A DNA stretch of 64,000 nucleotides from an uncultured bacterium (GTDB lineage: Bacteria; Babelota; Babeliae; Babelales; Vermiphilaceae), in the NCBI GenBank assembly GCA_963702025.1, contig OY969699.1:192001-256000 (forward strand), written 5' to 3'. Below, piece after piece: positions 48,374 to 59,437 of this stretch. The position numbers were made by a program, and so were the translations under genes. Numbering within the stretch: position 1 is the first letter of the stretch; every line of letters begins with the position of its first letter. The notes below the pieces were generated by a model. It saw nothing but the letters and a program-made list of their open reading frames with translations, had not been told where the DNA came from and searched no databases.

Positions 48374-49918
48374 ATGCATGCAAAAATTTTTTCAGCAACC
48401 ACCATCGGTATTGATGCGCATCTTATTGAAGTTGAAGTAGATATCTCCTTTGGTCTGGTTAATTTTTTTATTGTCGGCCTTCCCGATACTGCCGTTAAAG
48501 AAAGCAGCAAGCGGCTCTTGACCGCACTTAAAAATTGCGGCTTTCAACTTCCTTCTAAAAAAATTACGGTCAATTTAGCGCCCGCCGATGTAAAAAAAGA
48601 GGGAACATTATTTGATTTACCCATTGCGGTGGGAATTTTGGTTGCTGCTGAATTTCTTGTCATGGAAAAAAGTTTTTTGGATGAAACATTATTTTTAGGC
48701 GAACTTTCTCTTGACGGAAGCATCCGGCCCATCAAAGGCGCCCTGGCCATCGCGTATGATGCGGCAAATCTCAAAAAAAAGCGGATCATTGTGCCGCAGG
48801 CAAATGCGCGGGAAGCGGCATTAATTTCCGGGCTGGAAGTGATCGGCGTTGAACATATCACCCAGCTCATTGCCTTTTTGCGCGGCGAACTAATTATTGA
48901 GCCAACGCGCAGCGCATTTGATGAGCATGCCACTGCAACGAGCAAAGACTCATTAGATTTTAATCAAGTTAAGGGGCAAACCTTTGCAAAACGCGCTCTG
49001 CAAATTGCTGCTGCCGGCCGCCACAATATTTTATTTGTTGGGCCACCGGGAGCGGGAAAAACAATGCTTGCCAAACGATTGCCCTCCATCATGCCGGCAA
49101 TGACTTTTGATGAAGTGCTCGAAGCAAGCAAAATTTATTCAATTAGTGGAAAATTAGGCAATCAATCATTAATCACGCAGCGGCCTTTCCGTGATCCGCA
49201 TCACACTATTTCACAAGCGGGATTAGTTGGCGGTGGCTCTTATCCACAACCGGGTGAGATTAGTTTGGCGCACAACGGCATCCTTTTTTTGGATGAACTT
49301 ACTGAATTTAAACGGCACACTTTGGAAGTATTGCGTCAGCCGCTGGAAAATAAAACGGTCCATATTTCTCGCGCTCTCCACTCTCTCTCTTTTCCTGCTT
49401 CCTTTTTACTCGTTGCGGCACTCAATCCTTGCCCGTGTGGATTTTGGGGCGATAAAAAACGGCGTTGTTCTTGCTCGAGCCAACAAATAGCCCATTATTT
49501 AGAAAAATTGTCAGGTCCGCTCCTTGATCGCATTGATTTGCAAATTAATGTGCAATCGATTGAATATGATACCATCAAAGCGAGCCCGAGCACCTGCCAA
49601 AGTTCGGCCGATCTTTTTGCCGGCGTACAAAATGCGCTCACTGCTCAATCAAGCCGTTTTGGCACTAACGCACAATGGAACGCGCACATGAGCGCTGAGC
49701 TGGTAGAAAAACATTGTATTTTATCACCGGAAGCCGAAGCTATTATCAAAAAAGCATTTGATGTGTTGCATTTGAGCATGCGAGGCTACCACAAAATTCT
49801 GCGCGTGGCACGCACCATCGCCGATATTGAACAACAAACCATTATTGATGTTCCCCATATTCAAGAAGCAATCATGTACCGCTCACTCGATCAAAGCTTG
49901 GAGCGGCATCGTCAATGA
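48374..49918 (+). CDS. comM: YifB/ComM Mg-chelatase-like AAA+ ATPase
   Basis: IVGLPD, NLAPAD, GPPGAGKT, PGEISLAHNGILFLDE, NPCPCG, SGPLLDRID. Confidence 0.92.
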   Translation: MHAKIFSATTIGIDAHLIEVEVDISFGLVNFFIVGLPDTAVKESSKRLLTALKNCGFQLPSKKITVNLAPADVKKEGTLFDLPIAVGILVAAEFLVMEKSFLDETLFLGELSLDGSIRPIKGALAIAYDAANLKKKRIIVPQANAREAALISGLEVIGVEHITQLIAFLRGELIIEPTRSAFDEHATATSKDSLDFNQVKGQTFAKRALQIAAAGRHNILFVGPPGAGKTMLAKRLPSIMPAMTFDEVLEASKIYSISGKLGNQSLITQRPFRDPHHTISQAGLVGGGSYPQPGEISLAHNGILFLDELTEFKRHTLEVLRQPLENKTVHISRALHSLSFPASFLLVAALNPCPCGFWGDKKRRCSCSSQQIAHYLEKLSGPLLDRIDLQINVQSIEYDTIKASPSTCQSSADLFAGVQNALTAQSSRFGTNAQWNAHMSAELVEKHCILSPEAEAIIKKAFDVLHLSMRGYHKILRVARTIADIEQQTIIDVPHIQEAIMYRSLDQSLERHRQ

Positions 49919-50313
49919 TTCTGGGCATCGGCATTGACTCAGTTGTCATTGAGCGTTTTGGCCAATGGCATTCGTATGACCAGGCAAAACTCGCGCGTAT
50001 TTTTAGCCAACCGGAAATCACCTATTGTCTTTCAAATACTAGTTTAAGCGCGCAACGCTTTGCCGTTCGCTTTGCCACCCGTGAAGCACTTTTTAAAGCA
50101 ATCAGTGCGGCATTTGCCGATCACACTGTTCCATTTTTAACACTTTGTCGCGCAACAATTATAATAAAACACCGTGCGCCAAGATTGATTATTGACTGGC
50201 AATTACTTGTCCCCTATGGCATGAATAATTTTTCTGGAATTATTGCTCATCTTTCATTAACTCACACTAATCACAGTGCAACCGCATTTGTTATTCTATC
50301 GCAGCGCAATTAA
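49915..50313 (+). CDS. acpS: Holo-[acyl-carrier-protein] synthase
   Basis: ILGIGID, RFATREALFKA, HLSLTH. Confidence 0.85.
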   Translation: MILGIGIDSVVIERFGQWHSYDQAKLARIFSQPEITYCLSNTSLSAQRFAVRFATREALFKAISAAFADHTVPFLTLCRATIIIKHRAPRLIIDWQLLVPYGMNNFSGIIAHLSLTHTNHSATAFVILSQRN

Positions 50314-50381
50314 GTTGAAGTAAAAAAATTATCGTAGTATATCAAGAATTAGTATTAGTATTCCCAAAAAAAGGAACCCTC

Positions 50382-50894
50382 ATCAATATAAAGTCACTTC
50401 TTTTACTCAGCCTGCCACTAACCATTTTGTGCTCCGCAGCCGGCGCCATGCAAGATGAGCAACATCAACTTTCACCACAATCAATCCCTGAGCATAGCGT
50501 TTGTCTCGATCCCTCATTTGCGGATGATGAAGTTCTTAATCACCTGATTTACAAAGACCTAAATAAACAAGAACCGAGCCGTTTCGATAAAATCATTGCT
50601 TTAGCAAAAGGTCTAGATAACTCCCTGGATTTCGATGAGACCTATTATAAGTATCCAAAGAATACCAAAGAAGAAAAAGAGTTAGTTGAAAAACAAGATT
50701 TTAGAATTCCTCTTCGTCATCACATCAGGCTCATACTTAAATTAGCCAAACAAAAGAATAGCGATGATCTCACTATACTAGAAAATGCCATACTTAGCCT
50801 TCCTCCATATAAAATAAAATATCTGATACACAAAAGCCACATCGAGCGTCTTTCCGAATTGGCACCACCAAACGTGACTATGATAATTGCTTAG
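50382..50894 (+). CDS. Hypothetical exported protein (start uncertain: ATC 50382 or TTG 50427)
   Basis: In-frame signal peptide begins at ATC after AAGGA; followed by AGA-MQD. Confidence 0.55.
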   Translation: MNIKSLLLLSLPLTILCSAAGAMQDEQHQLSPQSIPEHSVCLDPSFADDEVLNHLIYKDLNKQEPSRFDKIIALAKGLDNSLDFDETYYKYPKNTKEEKELVEKQDFRIPLRHHIRLILKLAKQKNSDDLTILENAILSLPPYKIKYLIHKSHIERLSELAPPNVTMIIA

Positions 50895-51085
50895 TAAAAG
50901 AACATACCTCAAAATATAAAGATGCTATGCATTGCGCACTCATGGACTCACCCTATCCTTTTATGACTCCTATTGCTGAATCGCGCCTATTTTCGAAATA
51001 ATTTTTCAAGGTATTTAGGGGACATTATTCTCAATGTTCCCTGCAAAAAAACCATTCATGCAAAGCTCTTGAGGGCACTTCTTAT

Positions 51086-51113
51086 TTGACAAATGCTTAA
51101 AAGTCCGTACTCT
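51086..51113 (+). promoter_or_regulatory. Putative sigma70 promoter for tRNA-fMet
   Basis: TTGACA-16 nt-TACTCT upstream of the tRNA. Confidence 0.45.
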
Positions 51114-51146
51114 TATAGTACTTTCTTCTTCTCTTTGAATGTAAAT

Positions 51147-51221
<75 letters not shown>

Positions 51222-51223
<2 letters not shown>

Positions 51224-51352
51224 GTCTTCGCCCACAAGGGGCTACGCCTGGCAGGCCAGTTTCTAAGGAAGAAAATATAACATTATTAGCACATTGCGAA
51301 GACTGCCCGCCGTAGCTTGCCAAGCCGGAAGGCGTGGATAAGCGTAGGCTGG
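51222..51352. repeat. tRNA-associated inverted palindromic repeat pair
   Basis: IRs cagtcttcgc/gcgaagactg and gctacg/cgtagc; 51317-51352 matches 20-55. Confidence 0.7.
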
Positions 51353-51661
51353 GCTGATTGTCTTGGAAAATATTTTTATAATAGGCCAGTTTTTTAAAGA
51401 TTCTTCCCTAATAAATTCCCCTAATTACCTACTCTTCAAGCTACTTAAAATCACTAGAAAGAGCCAAAAAAGAAGAATGTCCGCCCAAGCATCTATATGA
51501 CTATACTTATTACTTTACATAGAACTAAGCAATGGCTGGACTGATTCTGGGGCCTTTTTTTTAAAATAATCAACTCTTATTCTTAGCACTTCTTCTTTAC
51601 TTATCGTTTCTCTTTTTGTAATGTCGAGATTGAATCATTCCTAAAAAAAGGAGAATGAAAA

Positions 51662-52126
51662 ATGTTGATTATTTTTATCGCAATTGCTTTATGTCCTCAT
51701 ATTTTACACAGCATGGAAGAGCATGATAGAAACGCGCAATCAAGTAGCATCATGATTAAACAATCATCCGACAAAACATCGCCGGCCCATTCGCCGCTGG
51801 AACCTTCAGCACTCACTAATAAAATAAAACAACAACAGTTTGAGATAAACCATACCGTTGATACTATAACAAATCAGGCCACCAAATGGCTCTACGATGC
51901 TCAAGTTGATTCGGATAGTGAATTGGGCGATCCGGAAATCAGATATTATATTGAAGATATTTGGAAAGAAAATTATAAACAGATTATCGAAAAAATAATA
52001 AAGGATCCTAAGACTAATATTGAGGATACGCAAATAGCGTTAGAACTTGTTTCTCATACCGCACAACTTGCAATTTTTCTCAATAAAATATCCAACTGGC
52101 ATTCGCAAAAAAAAACTATTAAATAA
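51662..52126 (+). CDS. Hypothetical exported protein
   Basis: AAGGAG RBS; signal peptide followed by MEE. Confidence 0.7.
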   Translation: MLIIFIAIALCPHILHSMEEHDRNAQSSSIMIKQSSDKTSPAHSPLEPSALTNKIKQQQFEINHTVDTITNQATKWLYDAQVDSDSELGDPEIRYYIEDIWKENYKQIIEKIIKDPKTNIEDTQIALELVSHTAQLAIFLNKISNWHSQKKTIK

Positions 52127-52152
52127 TTATTCAAACAGCCCGCTCCAATTAA

Positions 52153-52605
52153 TCATCTCCTCAAGCGCATTTTTGGAGATAATTGCATTATCATGAGGCC
52201 GGCAACATACGTAAAAAGCCCTCCTATGGCAACCATCTCAGCAGTGCATAGAGGAGAGATTGGGCTCACATAATCGGGATTCAAACAAATATTCTCCGCA
52301 GGCAAATCAAATAACTTTTCACATCCATCGGCAAACAGCGTTGAATAGGCCACAAGTACACCTGCTCCAGAAACGCTCAATCCAGCCGCAGCAAAGGGAT
52401 CAGTTTTAATGGTGTCTTTTATTTTTTCATAAAGGGTTAATTGTTTATTATTGCTAGTCACTATTGCTTTTTCTTCATCATATTCGGGATCTTGAGCAGC
52501 ATAATGGTAAATTTTTCTGGTTCGTCTCTTTTTGCCTTCAAGCCTCATCGCATCAAGCTGAGTAACGCAAATATAACCTAAGAGTATTGCTAAAAACCAT
52601 TTCAT
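52153..52605 (-). CDS. Hypothetical exported protein with basic stretch and two TM segments
   Basis: Signal peptide LDA-MRL; KKRRTRK. Confidence 0.65.
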   Translation of the reverse strand: MKWFLAILLGYICVTQLDAMRLEGKKRRTRKIYHYAAQDPEYDEEKAIVTSNNKQLTLYEKIKDTIKTDPFAAAGLSVSGAGVLVAYSTLFADGCEKLFDLPAENICLNPDYVSPISPLCTAEMVAIGGLFTYVAGLMIMQLSPKMRLRR

Positions 52606-53030
52606 AGTGTGCCCTTCAAAAAATCATCTGCCTTTTGTAAAATTGATTTTGCATTCGCGTAGGTGAGCCGCTCATAGGCTTTTTCAAAGGGTAACCACAG
52701 ATAGCCCGAATGTTCCCGGGATAATGCTACTCGTTCTTGGTCAGCGCTTCCTAAAAAAAATACTACTGTTTTTTCAATCGGTTTACCGCGTTCTTTAAAA
52801 TTATACTGCAATGATTCTTCAAATCCCGGAACAATCTCTGCCGTTAAACCGGTTTCTTCTTTAAGTTCCCGATGCGCCGCTTGCATCATGGTCTCACCAG
52901 GCTCTAATTTTCCTTTTGCAAAATCCCAGTGCCCACCAAGGTAATGCAACACCAGATAGTGCGGTTCATGATCTTTTTGTATATAGAGAATTATTCCCGC
53001 ACATTGTTGTTTAATCATGATTTCACTCAC
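52602..53030 (-). CDS. Nudix hydrolase (asymmetrical Ap4A hydrolase-like)
   Basis: HWDFAKGKLEPGETMMQAAHRELKEETGL Nudix box; LSREH. Confidence 0.85.
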   Translation of the reverse strand: MSEIMIKQQCAGIILYIQKDHEPHYLVLHYLGGHWDFAKGKLEPGETMMQAAHRELKEETGLTAEIVPGFEESLQYNFKERGKPIEKTVVFFLGSADQERVALSREHSGYLWLPFEKAYERLTYANAKSILQKADDFLKGTL

Positions 53031-53033
53031 ATT

Positions 53034-54584
53034 TTAATCTAAAAAATACAATTGAATACCACATTGTTTACGATATACATATAATAACAAACCGGCTATC
53101 AGGCAGAGCGGGCTCACCCACAGCCAAAAGCCGATTTTTTCCAAGAAAAACGGTGACACATTTTCGGGTAGCGCGAACTTTAAAAATGCACCCGTGCATC
53201 TATACGCCACATAAAATATCCCGCTCACCACCGTTAGTTGAGCCAAATAGCGGAGTATAAAAATACCAAAATGGCGCGGATAGCCATGAAAGTTAAACTT
53301 TTTTTTCAAAAAATAAAATAACAAAATTGTTTGTACTATACCGGAAATAGTAGTAGCCGCAACAAGTCCCACGCCGGCAAACGACTGCATCAATAAATAA
53401 TTAAGCGCTATATTCAGCAGTGTTGCCACAATGCTCACGATCGTTGGTAGCCCCGGCGCATGGAGCGCATAAAAAAGATTTAATAATACTTTGTTAAATG
53501 AAAAGAAAAATAAGCCGAGGGCAAACACAATTAAAAATGTTCCGGCATCATGAGCTTGCTGCAGGGTGAACCGAGGAACAAATAACGTAATAAAAATATT
53601 ATTAGCAAAAAAGATAAGGGCGAGCATGCACGGAATAGTCACCCAAAAAACCAACTTGGCCGATTCATACAAAAAGAAGTTAAGCCGCTTTGGCGCATAG
53701 GTGCCGATACGTGAAAAATAGGGAAGCAAAATAGTAGAAAATGCCACGCCAAAAACTCCCATCGGAATACCCACAAAACGGTTGGCATAATAAATCAATG
53801 AAACTGATCCATCTGAAAGCAGGGAAGCAAAACTGGTATCTATAAATAAGCCCACTTCCATCACACTCATACTAAGTCCTGTCATACAAAATTTTGTTAA
53901 AACATGGGAAAATGATTGCCATGCCTTTTTGGTCACCGGTCCGAACCTAAATCCGGCCTTAAAATAGGCATAGAGGTGCTGCAAGAATTGCAAGAGGCCG
54001 CCCAGCAATATAAAAAAACATAAATAGGTAACCGGCAACGAAAAAAACAAACAAATGCACAAGCCGATAATAAAAACAATATTCAGCAAAATTGGCCCGA
54101 ATGCCGGCACAAAAAAACGGCCAACCGATTGCAGAGCTCCGGCCAAAATCGCGCTGCTGGAAATAAAAAAAATAAAGGGCATTAAAATGCGAAAAAAAGT
54201 TGTAGTTATAGCAATTTTTTCTTCGCCAAAACCCGGTACAATCACCCATAATAAATAGGGTGCAATAAGCATAGAAATGGCACAAACCACTAAAAGTGCA
54301 CCTTCAAAGAGTATAAAGGCAAATGAAAGCAAGCTCTCAGCTTCTTTGTGGTCTTTTTTGAGCGCAGCGATAAATGAGGGGACAAAGGCGGCAGAAAGCG
54401 CGCCCTCGGCAAAAATTTTGCGTAGGGTGTTGGGCACTTTGTATGCGGTAATAAATGCATCAGAGATTATGCCGGCCCCCAAATAGCGAACCATAAGCAG
54501 TTCACGAATGATTCCCAAAAATCTGCTCATTAAGGTGGTGCCGCCAACCTGCACACATTTTTTTAATACTGCTTTTTTATGCAT
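53034..54584 (-). CDS. murJ: Lipid II flippase MurJ (MviN)
   Basis: SRFLGIIRE, DAFITAYKVPN, FAEGALSAAFVP, YYANR; start shortened. Confidence 0.93.
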   Translation of the reverse strand: MHKKAVLKKCVQVGGTTLMSRFLGIIRELLMVRYLGAGIISDAFITAYKVPNTLRKIFAEGALSAAFVPSFIAALKKDHKEAESLLSFAFILFEGALLVVCAISMLIAPYLLWVIVPGFGEEKIAITTTFFRILMPFIFFISSSAILAGALQSVGRFFVPAFGPILLNIVFIIGLCICLFFSLPVTYLCFFILLGGLLQFLQHLYAYFKAGFRFGPVTKKAWQSFSHVLTKFCMTGLSMSVMEVGLFIDTSFASLLSDGSVSLIYYANRFVGIPMGVFGVAFSTILLPYFSRIGTYAPKRLNFFLYESAKLVFWVTIPCMLALIFFANNIFITLFVPRFTLQQAHDAGTFLIVFALGLFFFSFNKVLLNLFYALHAPGLPTIVSIVATLLNIALNYLLMQSFAGVGLVAATTISGIVQTILLFYFLKKKFNFHGYPRHFGIFILRYLAQLTVVSGIFYVAYRCTGAFLKFALPENVSPFFLEKIGFWLWVSPLCLIAGLLLYVYRKQCGIQLYFLD

Positions 54585-54675
54585 AATCTGTTTTTCGTTA
54601 CATTTGAACAATAATTTCATTTTAGTATAGAGTGATTTATGCGCAAGTAAATCAATCAAAAATCCGGAGATATGC

Positions 54676-55224
54676 ATGATATTTGTATTGTTTGGTTTGG
54701 CCACACTCATTTTTTTGCCTCTTTTTTCAATGGAGTTTCCTACCAATGGTAAGAATATTGAAAAAGTAACAAGAAAAGCAGAGTCATTGACCGAAAAACT
54801 AACCAGGTTACAAACAGCTATATCCGAAAAGCTGCAGTTAACAGTGTCAAACGTAAAAGCCGAACACTACAATAAATGCAATGAATATATCGAGGATAAC
54901 CACCACGAAAAATTTTCTATGATTATTGGCTGGACAACGAACAAAAAGATAGTGGAATATTTACCTGCTTTTGAAAAAAATGTGGCAACTCTTATCGAAT
55001 TTGAGCAAGAACTGGCCAAAAATGAAACAAAATTATTGCAGGATCCTGAAAATCTCTATGAAGCAAACCAAAGAAATGATTTACTTGCAAAAATTAATTC
55101 GAACGACAATCAGTTGCTTGAAACGGTAATAACATTGATGTGCTACCATGAAGTGCGGCAAGCAGAACAGCTTATTAAAATTCAACGTAGGGCAAATCAG
55201 CCGATTATTAATACCAAGCCTTAG
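54676..55224 (+). CDS. Hypothetical exported helical protein
   Basis: GGAG RBS; signal peptide followed by MEF. Confidence 0.7.
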   Translation: MIFVLFGLATLIFLPLFSMEFPTNGKNIEKVTRKAESLTEKLTRLQTAISEKLQLTVSNVKAEHYNKCNEYIEDNHHEKFSMIIGWTTNKKIVEYLPAFEKNVATLIEFEQELAKNETKLLQDPENLYEANQRNDLLAKINSNDNQLLETVITLMCYHEVRQAEQLIKIQRRANQPIINTKP

Positions 55225-57143
55225 GCGCCATGCAATTCTTCCCATTCTTGCATAAGCTGCTTATGCTGTTCTTTAAGCAGTAGCAGATCTTGTTCAGCCA
55301 TTTTATAGGAATCGGTGCCATAAGAGAGTTCAGCGAAGGCCAATTCTTGCGCAGCTATTTTCTGTTCAAGCTGATCAATTTTTTTCTCAATTAAACGGCT
55401 TTTTTTGAGGAAGTCATTATTCAGTTCACTCGTGCCCACCGCAGAACTTTTTTGCTGACTTGCAGACGCATTCATTGAGCGCACGGCACCATGGGACTGC
55501 CCAAGTGTTGGCTTATTTGTTGCAATTTCAGTTTCTTTAAGTTGCATCTGCTTCTTGTAATACAAAAACTGATCATAATTACCATCAAAGCTAATAATGC
55601 CGGTCGGCGTTAGCTCAATTACTCGCGTTGCCAAATCATTTAAAAATGCCCGATCATGAGAAACAAACAAAATAGTGCCCTCATATTTTCGCAATGCTTC
55701 CAACAAAATCTTTTTTGAATCGATATCAAGGTGGTTGGTCGGCTCATCGAGTAGCAAAAAGTTGGTTTGCTGCAGAAGCGTTTTTACCATGCCCACTCTA
55801 TTTTTTTCACCGCCACTCAAAACTTCTATCTTTTTATGAACATCGTCACCACTAAATAAAAATGCGCCTAAAAATGATCGCATCGTTGGTATGGTGACCC
55901 CGCGGGGACAAGAATCCTCAATATTTTCAAGAACGGTTTTTTTACCATCCAATGCAGCATTTTGGTCCTGATCAAATAATGTTTTGGTAACATTTGAACC
56001 GAAGGTGATTGTCCCCTTTTGCAGGGGCAATTTGCCGCTAATAAGATTGAGCAGCGTTGATTTTCCAACTCCATTGCCGGCAACCAGCGCCACTTTTTGA
56101 CCGCGCTCAATTTCAAGATTCACATTTTTAAAGATTTCTCGATCTCCAAAAGAAAAAGCCACATTATCAACTTTTAGGACCAATGTTCCTGAACGTGTAA
56201 TGGGGGGAAAAGAAAAATTCATCGTTTTTAAGGTCGGCGGCAATACAATACGCTCAAGCTTATCAAGCTGTTTTATCATACTTTGTGCTTGCTTAGCACG
56301 TGAAGCGCTTGCGCGGAACTTATTAATAATCTCTTGTTTATGTTTAATCTCTTTTTGCTGTAATTGATAAGCAGATTCCAAAAGGGCCCGATTATGCTCT
56401 TTTTGAATTTCGTAAGCGCTATAATTTCCTTGATAAAAGGTAGCTTTTCCCTGTTCCAATTCAAGAATCTGATTACAAAGCGCATCTAAAAAATACCGCT
56501 CATGGCACACGAGCATAAAACCAAAAGGGGCATCTTTTAAAAAATCGAGGAACCAATCTTTGGCGAAGATATCCAAGTGGTTGGTTGGCTCATCAAAGAG
56601 ATAAAAATCGGCATTTTGCAATAATAATTTTGCCAACACAATTCGCATACGCCAGCCAACACTGAGTGAAAGTACCGGATTGCCAAAATCTGCTTCTTTA
56701 AATCCAAGCCCCAAAAGCATCTTTTTTGCTTGAGCTCCCAAACTGTCGGGGTTAAGCTCACGCAGCTTTTCATGCAGCTGAGCATACTCTTCAAGGTCAT
56801 CTTGCTCATGAGTATGGGTTAGTTTTTCTTCTAATTCAATAAGCTTTGCCTGCAGTGCCGCAATATCAGCAAAAGCGGTCATAGTTTCATCAAGAATGGA
56901 AAGCGAGGAAGAAAGCACCACATCTTGAGCCAAATAGGCTATTTTTTTTCGTTTACTTACGGTAATTGAACCATCATCCAGTAGTTGCATACCCACAATT
57001 GCTTCCAGCAATGTGGATTTGCCCGATCCATTGGCACCAATGAGCCCAATGCGTTGGTCATCCTTGATATCAAAAGAGATATCATCGAATAACATGCGTG
57101 AACCAAATGATAGATAAATAGAATTAGCTTGTATCATATACAA
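55221..57143 (-). CDS. ABC-F family ATP-binding protein
   Basis: Two ABC cassettes (GANGSGKS, xGNGVGKS, DEPTNHLD twice), no TM segments, C-terminal coiled coil. Confidence 0.93.
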   Translation of the reverse strand: MYMIQANSIYLSFGSRMLFDDISFDIKDDQRIGLIGANGSGKSTLLEAIVGMQLLDDGSITVSKRKKIAYLAQDVVLSSSLSILDETMTAFADIAALQAKLIELEEKLTHTHEQDDLEEYAQLHEKLRELNPDSLGAQAKKMLLGLGFKEADFGNPVLSLSVGWRMRIVLAKLLLQNADFYLFDEPTNHLDIFAKDWFLDFLKDAPFGFMLVCHERYFLDALCNQILELEQGKATFYQGNYSAYEIQKEHNRALLESAYQLQQKEIKHKQEIINKFRASASRAKQAQSMIKQLDKLERIVLPPTLKTMNFSFPPITRSGTLVLKVDNVAFSFGDREIFKNVNLEIERGQKVALVAGNGVGKSTLLNLISGKLPLQKGTITFGSNVTKTLFDQDQNAALDGKKTVLENIEDSCPRGVTIPTMRSFLGAFLFSGDDVHKKIEVLSGGEKNRVGMVKTLLQQTNFLLLDEPTNHLDIDSKKILLEALRKYEGTILFVSHDRAFLNDLATRVIELTPTGIISFDGNYDQFLYYKKQMQLKETEIATNKPTLGQSHGAVRSMNASASQQKSSAVGTSELNNDFLKKSRLIEKKIDQLEQKIAAQELAFAELSYGTDSYKMAEQDLLLLKEQHKQLMQEWEELHGA

Positions 57144-57235
57144 AAGTATAAGCTAGATAACAGCCAAGAGCAAACGTTGCTTGCAATATTTGATCAAATG
57201 AATACGCTAATGCCAAATATTAGAAAGGAAACAAG

Positions 57236-57970
57236 ATGTACTATAACAAAAAAACATATCTCTTAGTATTGGCAACACTATCTTTGACCAGTATGGAACC
57301 AGATCTTCCAAAGCTATCACCCAAAACGCAAGAAGCGCTCGATGCTTTTCAGGGAAATGATTCATTTAATATTCAAGGTGCCGGATCCCCTAACAAACAT
57401 TTTTCGCCCGATACCTCAGATAAACCGCTAAAAAAACGAAAGCTGGAATTTACCGAACAATTATCTGGACGCCTTGAACAATTGCACAAAGATACAAAAA
57501 GAGACCTTGCAGAGCTTTGTAATGCAGAATGCGATAAGTTCTTTGGTCAATTGAAAAATTTAATCGTGCTCAAATCACATGCAAACAAAGAAACACAAGA
57601 CTATGAAATTAAAGAAATTGCCGAAAAGACCCTCGCCAATAATCAGGCAATTTTGTTACTGTTGAGCACAAACTATGCCACCTTGCACAGTGGAAGAGAA
57701 GAGTTAATGAAAAGCCAAAATCAGGAAGAAATTTTTAGTTCGAGCCCACTCTTTAACTTCATTTCAGAAAAACAGCGCAATAATACAAAAGAGATTTTTC
57801 AATTTCAGACCAGTGACATGTGCGCTCGCAATGCGATTAATTTTTTTAATAATCAATTATCCTCTACTCTCGTTGAAATTGCTAAAAGTGATTTATTACA
57901 ACAAAGAGAGGAAGACGACGAAGAAGAGTCTGAAAATAATAACTCTAGCCAACGAGCAAATAATCATTAA
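57236..57970 (+). CDS. Hypothetical exported protein, paralog 1
   Basis: Signal peptide followed by MEP; KPLKKRK; LHK...ECDKFF...FQFQ. Confidence 0.75.
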   Translation: MYYNKKTYLLVLATLSLTSMEPDLPKLSPKTQEALDAFQGNDSFNIQGAGSPNKHFSPDTSDKPLKKRKLEFTEQLSGRLEQLHKDTKRDLAELCNAECDKFFGQLKNLIVLKSHANKETQDYEIKEIAEKTLANNQAILLLLSTNYATLHSGREELMKSQNQEEIFSSSPLFNFISEKQRNNTKEIFQFQTSDMCARNAINFFNNQLSSTLVEIAKSDLLQQREEDDEEESENNNSSQRANNH

Positions 57971-57983
57971 AAGGAGAAACTTA

Positions 57984-58559
57984 ATGTATAGAAACCATAT
58001 AGTGCTTATGATTTTAGTAATCTTCCCCATAACTGCTATGGAATCCAAAAAAAGGGGTCCGGAGCAAGAGCTAGCCGAATCAAAAGAAAAAAAACAAAAA
58101 GGCGACAAATCTTCAGAAATTTTCGAGGAAATAAGAGTATTGCACAAAGAAATCAGCAAAGAATATCAGGGAAAATTTAAACAAGAGTGTGATAAATCGT
58201 TCGAAAGGATTATAGAACTCATTAAGATTCGCGATGCTCATGAGGATACGACTTCTTATTCCTTTCTCAGGGAAATTATTGAAATATTAAAACGAGAGAA
58301 TAGCCTAGCAATATCAATCCATGCAGAAACAGCAGAAAATAGTTTAAAAGCGTGGCATGGCAACATAAATATGAAAAAATATGAAGATTTAATTTGCGCC
58401 GAAAATTTGATTAATATGAACTTGGCCGAAGCAGAGCAACAAATAGATAAGCGTTTTCAATTACAAATAAGCCAGTTTTGTTATGAAAAAATTAGTATAG
58501 CTGCTAAAAGAAAAATCGCGTTTGAAATGATTGAAGAAGCGAAGAGGTATGAAGACTAA
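57984..58559 (+). CDS. Hypothetical exported protein, paralog 2
   Basis: AAGGAG RBS; signal peptide followed by MESKKR; LHK...ECDKSF...FQLQ. Confidence 0.75.
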   Translation: MYRNHIVLMILVIFPITAMESKKRGPEQELAESKEKKQKGDKSSEIFEEIRVLHKEISKEYQGKFKQECDKSFERIIELIKIRDAHEDTTSYSFLREIIEILKRENSLAISIHAETAENSLKAWHGNINMKKYEDLICAENLINMNLAEAEQQIDKRFQLQISQFCYEKISIAAKRKIAFEMIEEAKRYED

Positions 58560-59243
58560 TTATACCACCTGTACCAACAAACCATCCTTGAGCGCATAGA
58601 CATTTTCCAGTCTTTCGGTCACATATCGATCATGGGAACTAATAATAAGTCCCATGCCCCATTCTTTTTGCATGCGCAAAATCACCTCAAGAACAGAGAT
58701 TCCCGTGTGGACGTCTAGATTCCCCGTAGGTTCATCGGCAAGCAAAAATACCGGCCGATTCATCAAAGCCCGCGCAAGCGCCACCCGTTGTTGCTGCCCA
58801 CCAGAAAGTTGGCCCGGATACGAATCAATTTTTGAGGCAAGCCCCACCATTTCCAAAAGTTCTTTGGCCTGCAGGCTACAAGCATGCTCGGCTTGGCCGG
58901 CAATTAAGCCTTTAAGCATAACGTTTTCTATGGTGCTTAACTCTTTAATAAGATAGGGATATTGAAAAACGAGCCCAATCGATTGATTTAAAAATACTTT
59001 TTTTTGGCGAGCAGAAAAGTGATTAATATCGGCATTATCGTAATAAATGGCACCGGAAGTGGGCTCATCAAGACCTGCCAAAAGATGCAAAAGAGTCGAT
59101 TTTCCGCTGCCCGAAACGCCGGTTAACCCGTATGATTTGCCTCGGGCAAAATCAAAGGTGATTCCTTGCAGCACCCAGATATCTGATGTTCCTTGGGTAT
59201 ATTTCTTTGTAACAGAACGGGCAGATAATGAATGTACATTCAT
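58560..59243 (-). CDS. ABC transporter ATPase, LolD-like
   Basis: [38 protein letters not shown]. Confidence 0.88.
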   Translation of the reverse strand: MNVHSLSARSVTKKYTQGTSDIWVLQGITFDFARGKSYGLTGVSGSGKSTLLHLLAGLDEPTSGAIYYDNADINHFSARQKKVFLNQSIGLVFQYPYLIKELSTIENVMLKGLIAGQAEHACSLQAKELLEMVGLASKIDSYPGQLSGGQQQRVALARALMNRPVFLLADEPTGNLDVHTGISVLEVILRMQKEWGMGLIISSHDRYVTERLENVYALKDGLLVQVV

Positions 59244-59437
59244 GATTACTCTTTTAAATAAATGACAAATCTACATACAGTATTATCACAAAACAAATGT
59301 GTTTTCAAAAAGAAGATTCGCCCTTTTGCCGTTAAATATTGTCTTTGTGCACAACAGGCCCCTACAATTGGAATGTAGGGTAATGAATATCGAGCGTAAA
59401 AATACACGCGTAGATAAATTCGATTGAGGGGGAGTGA

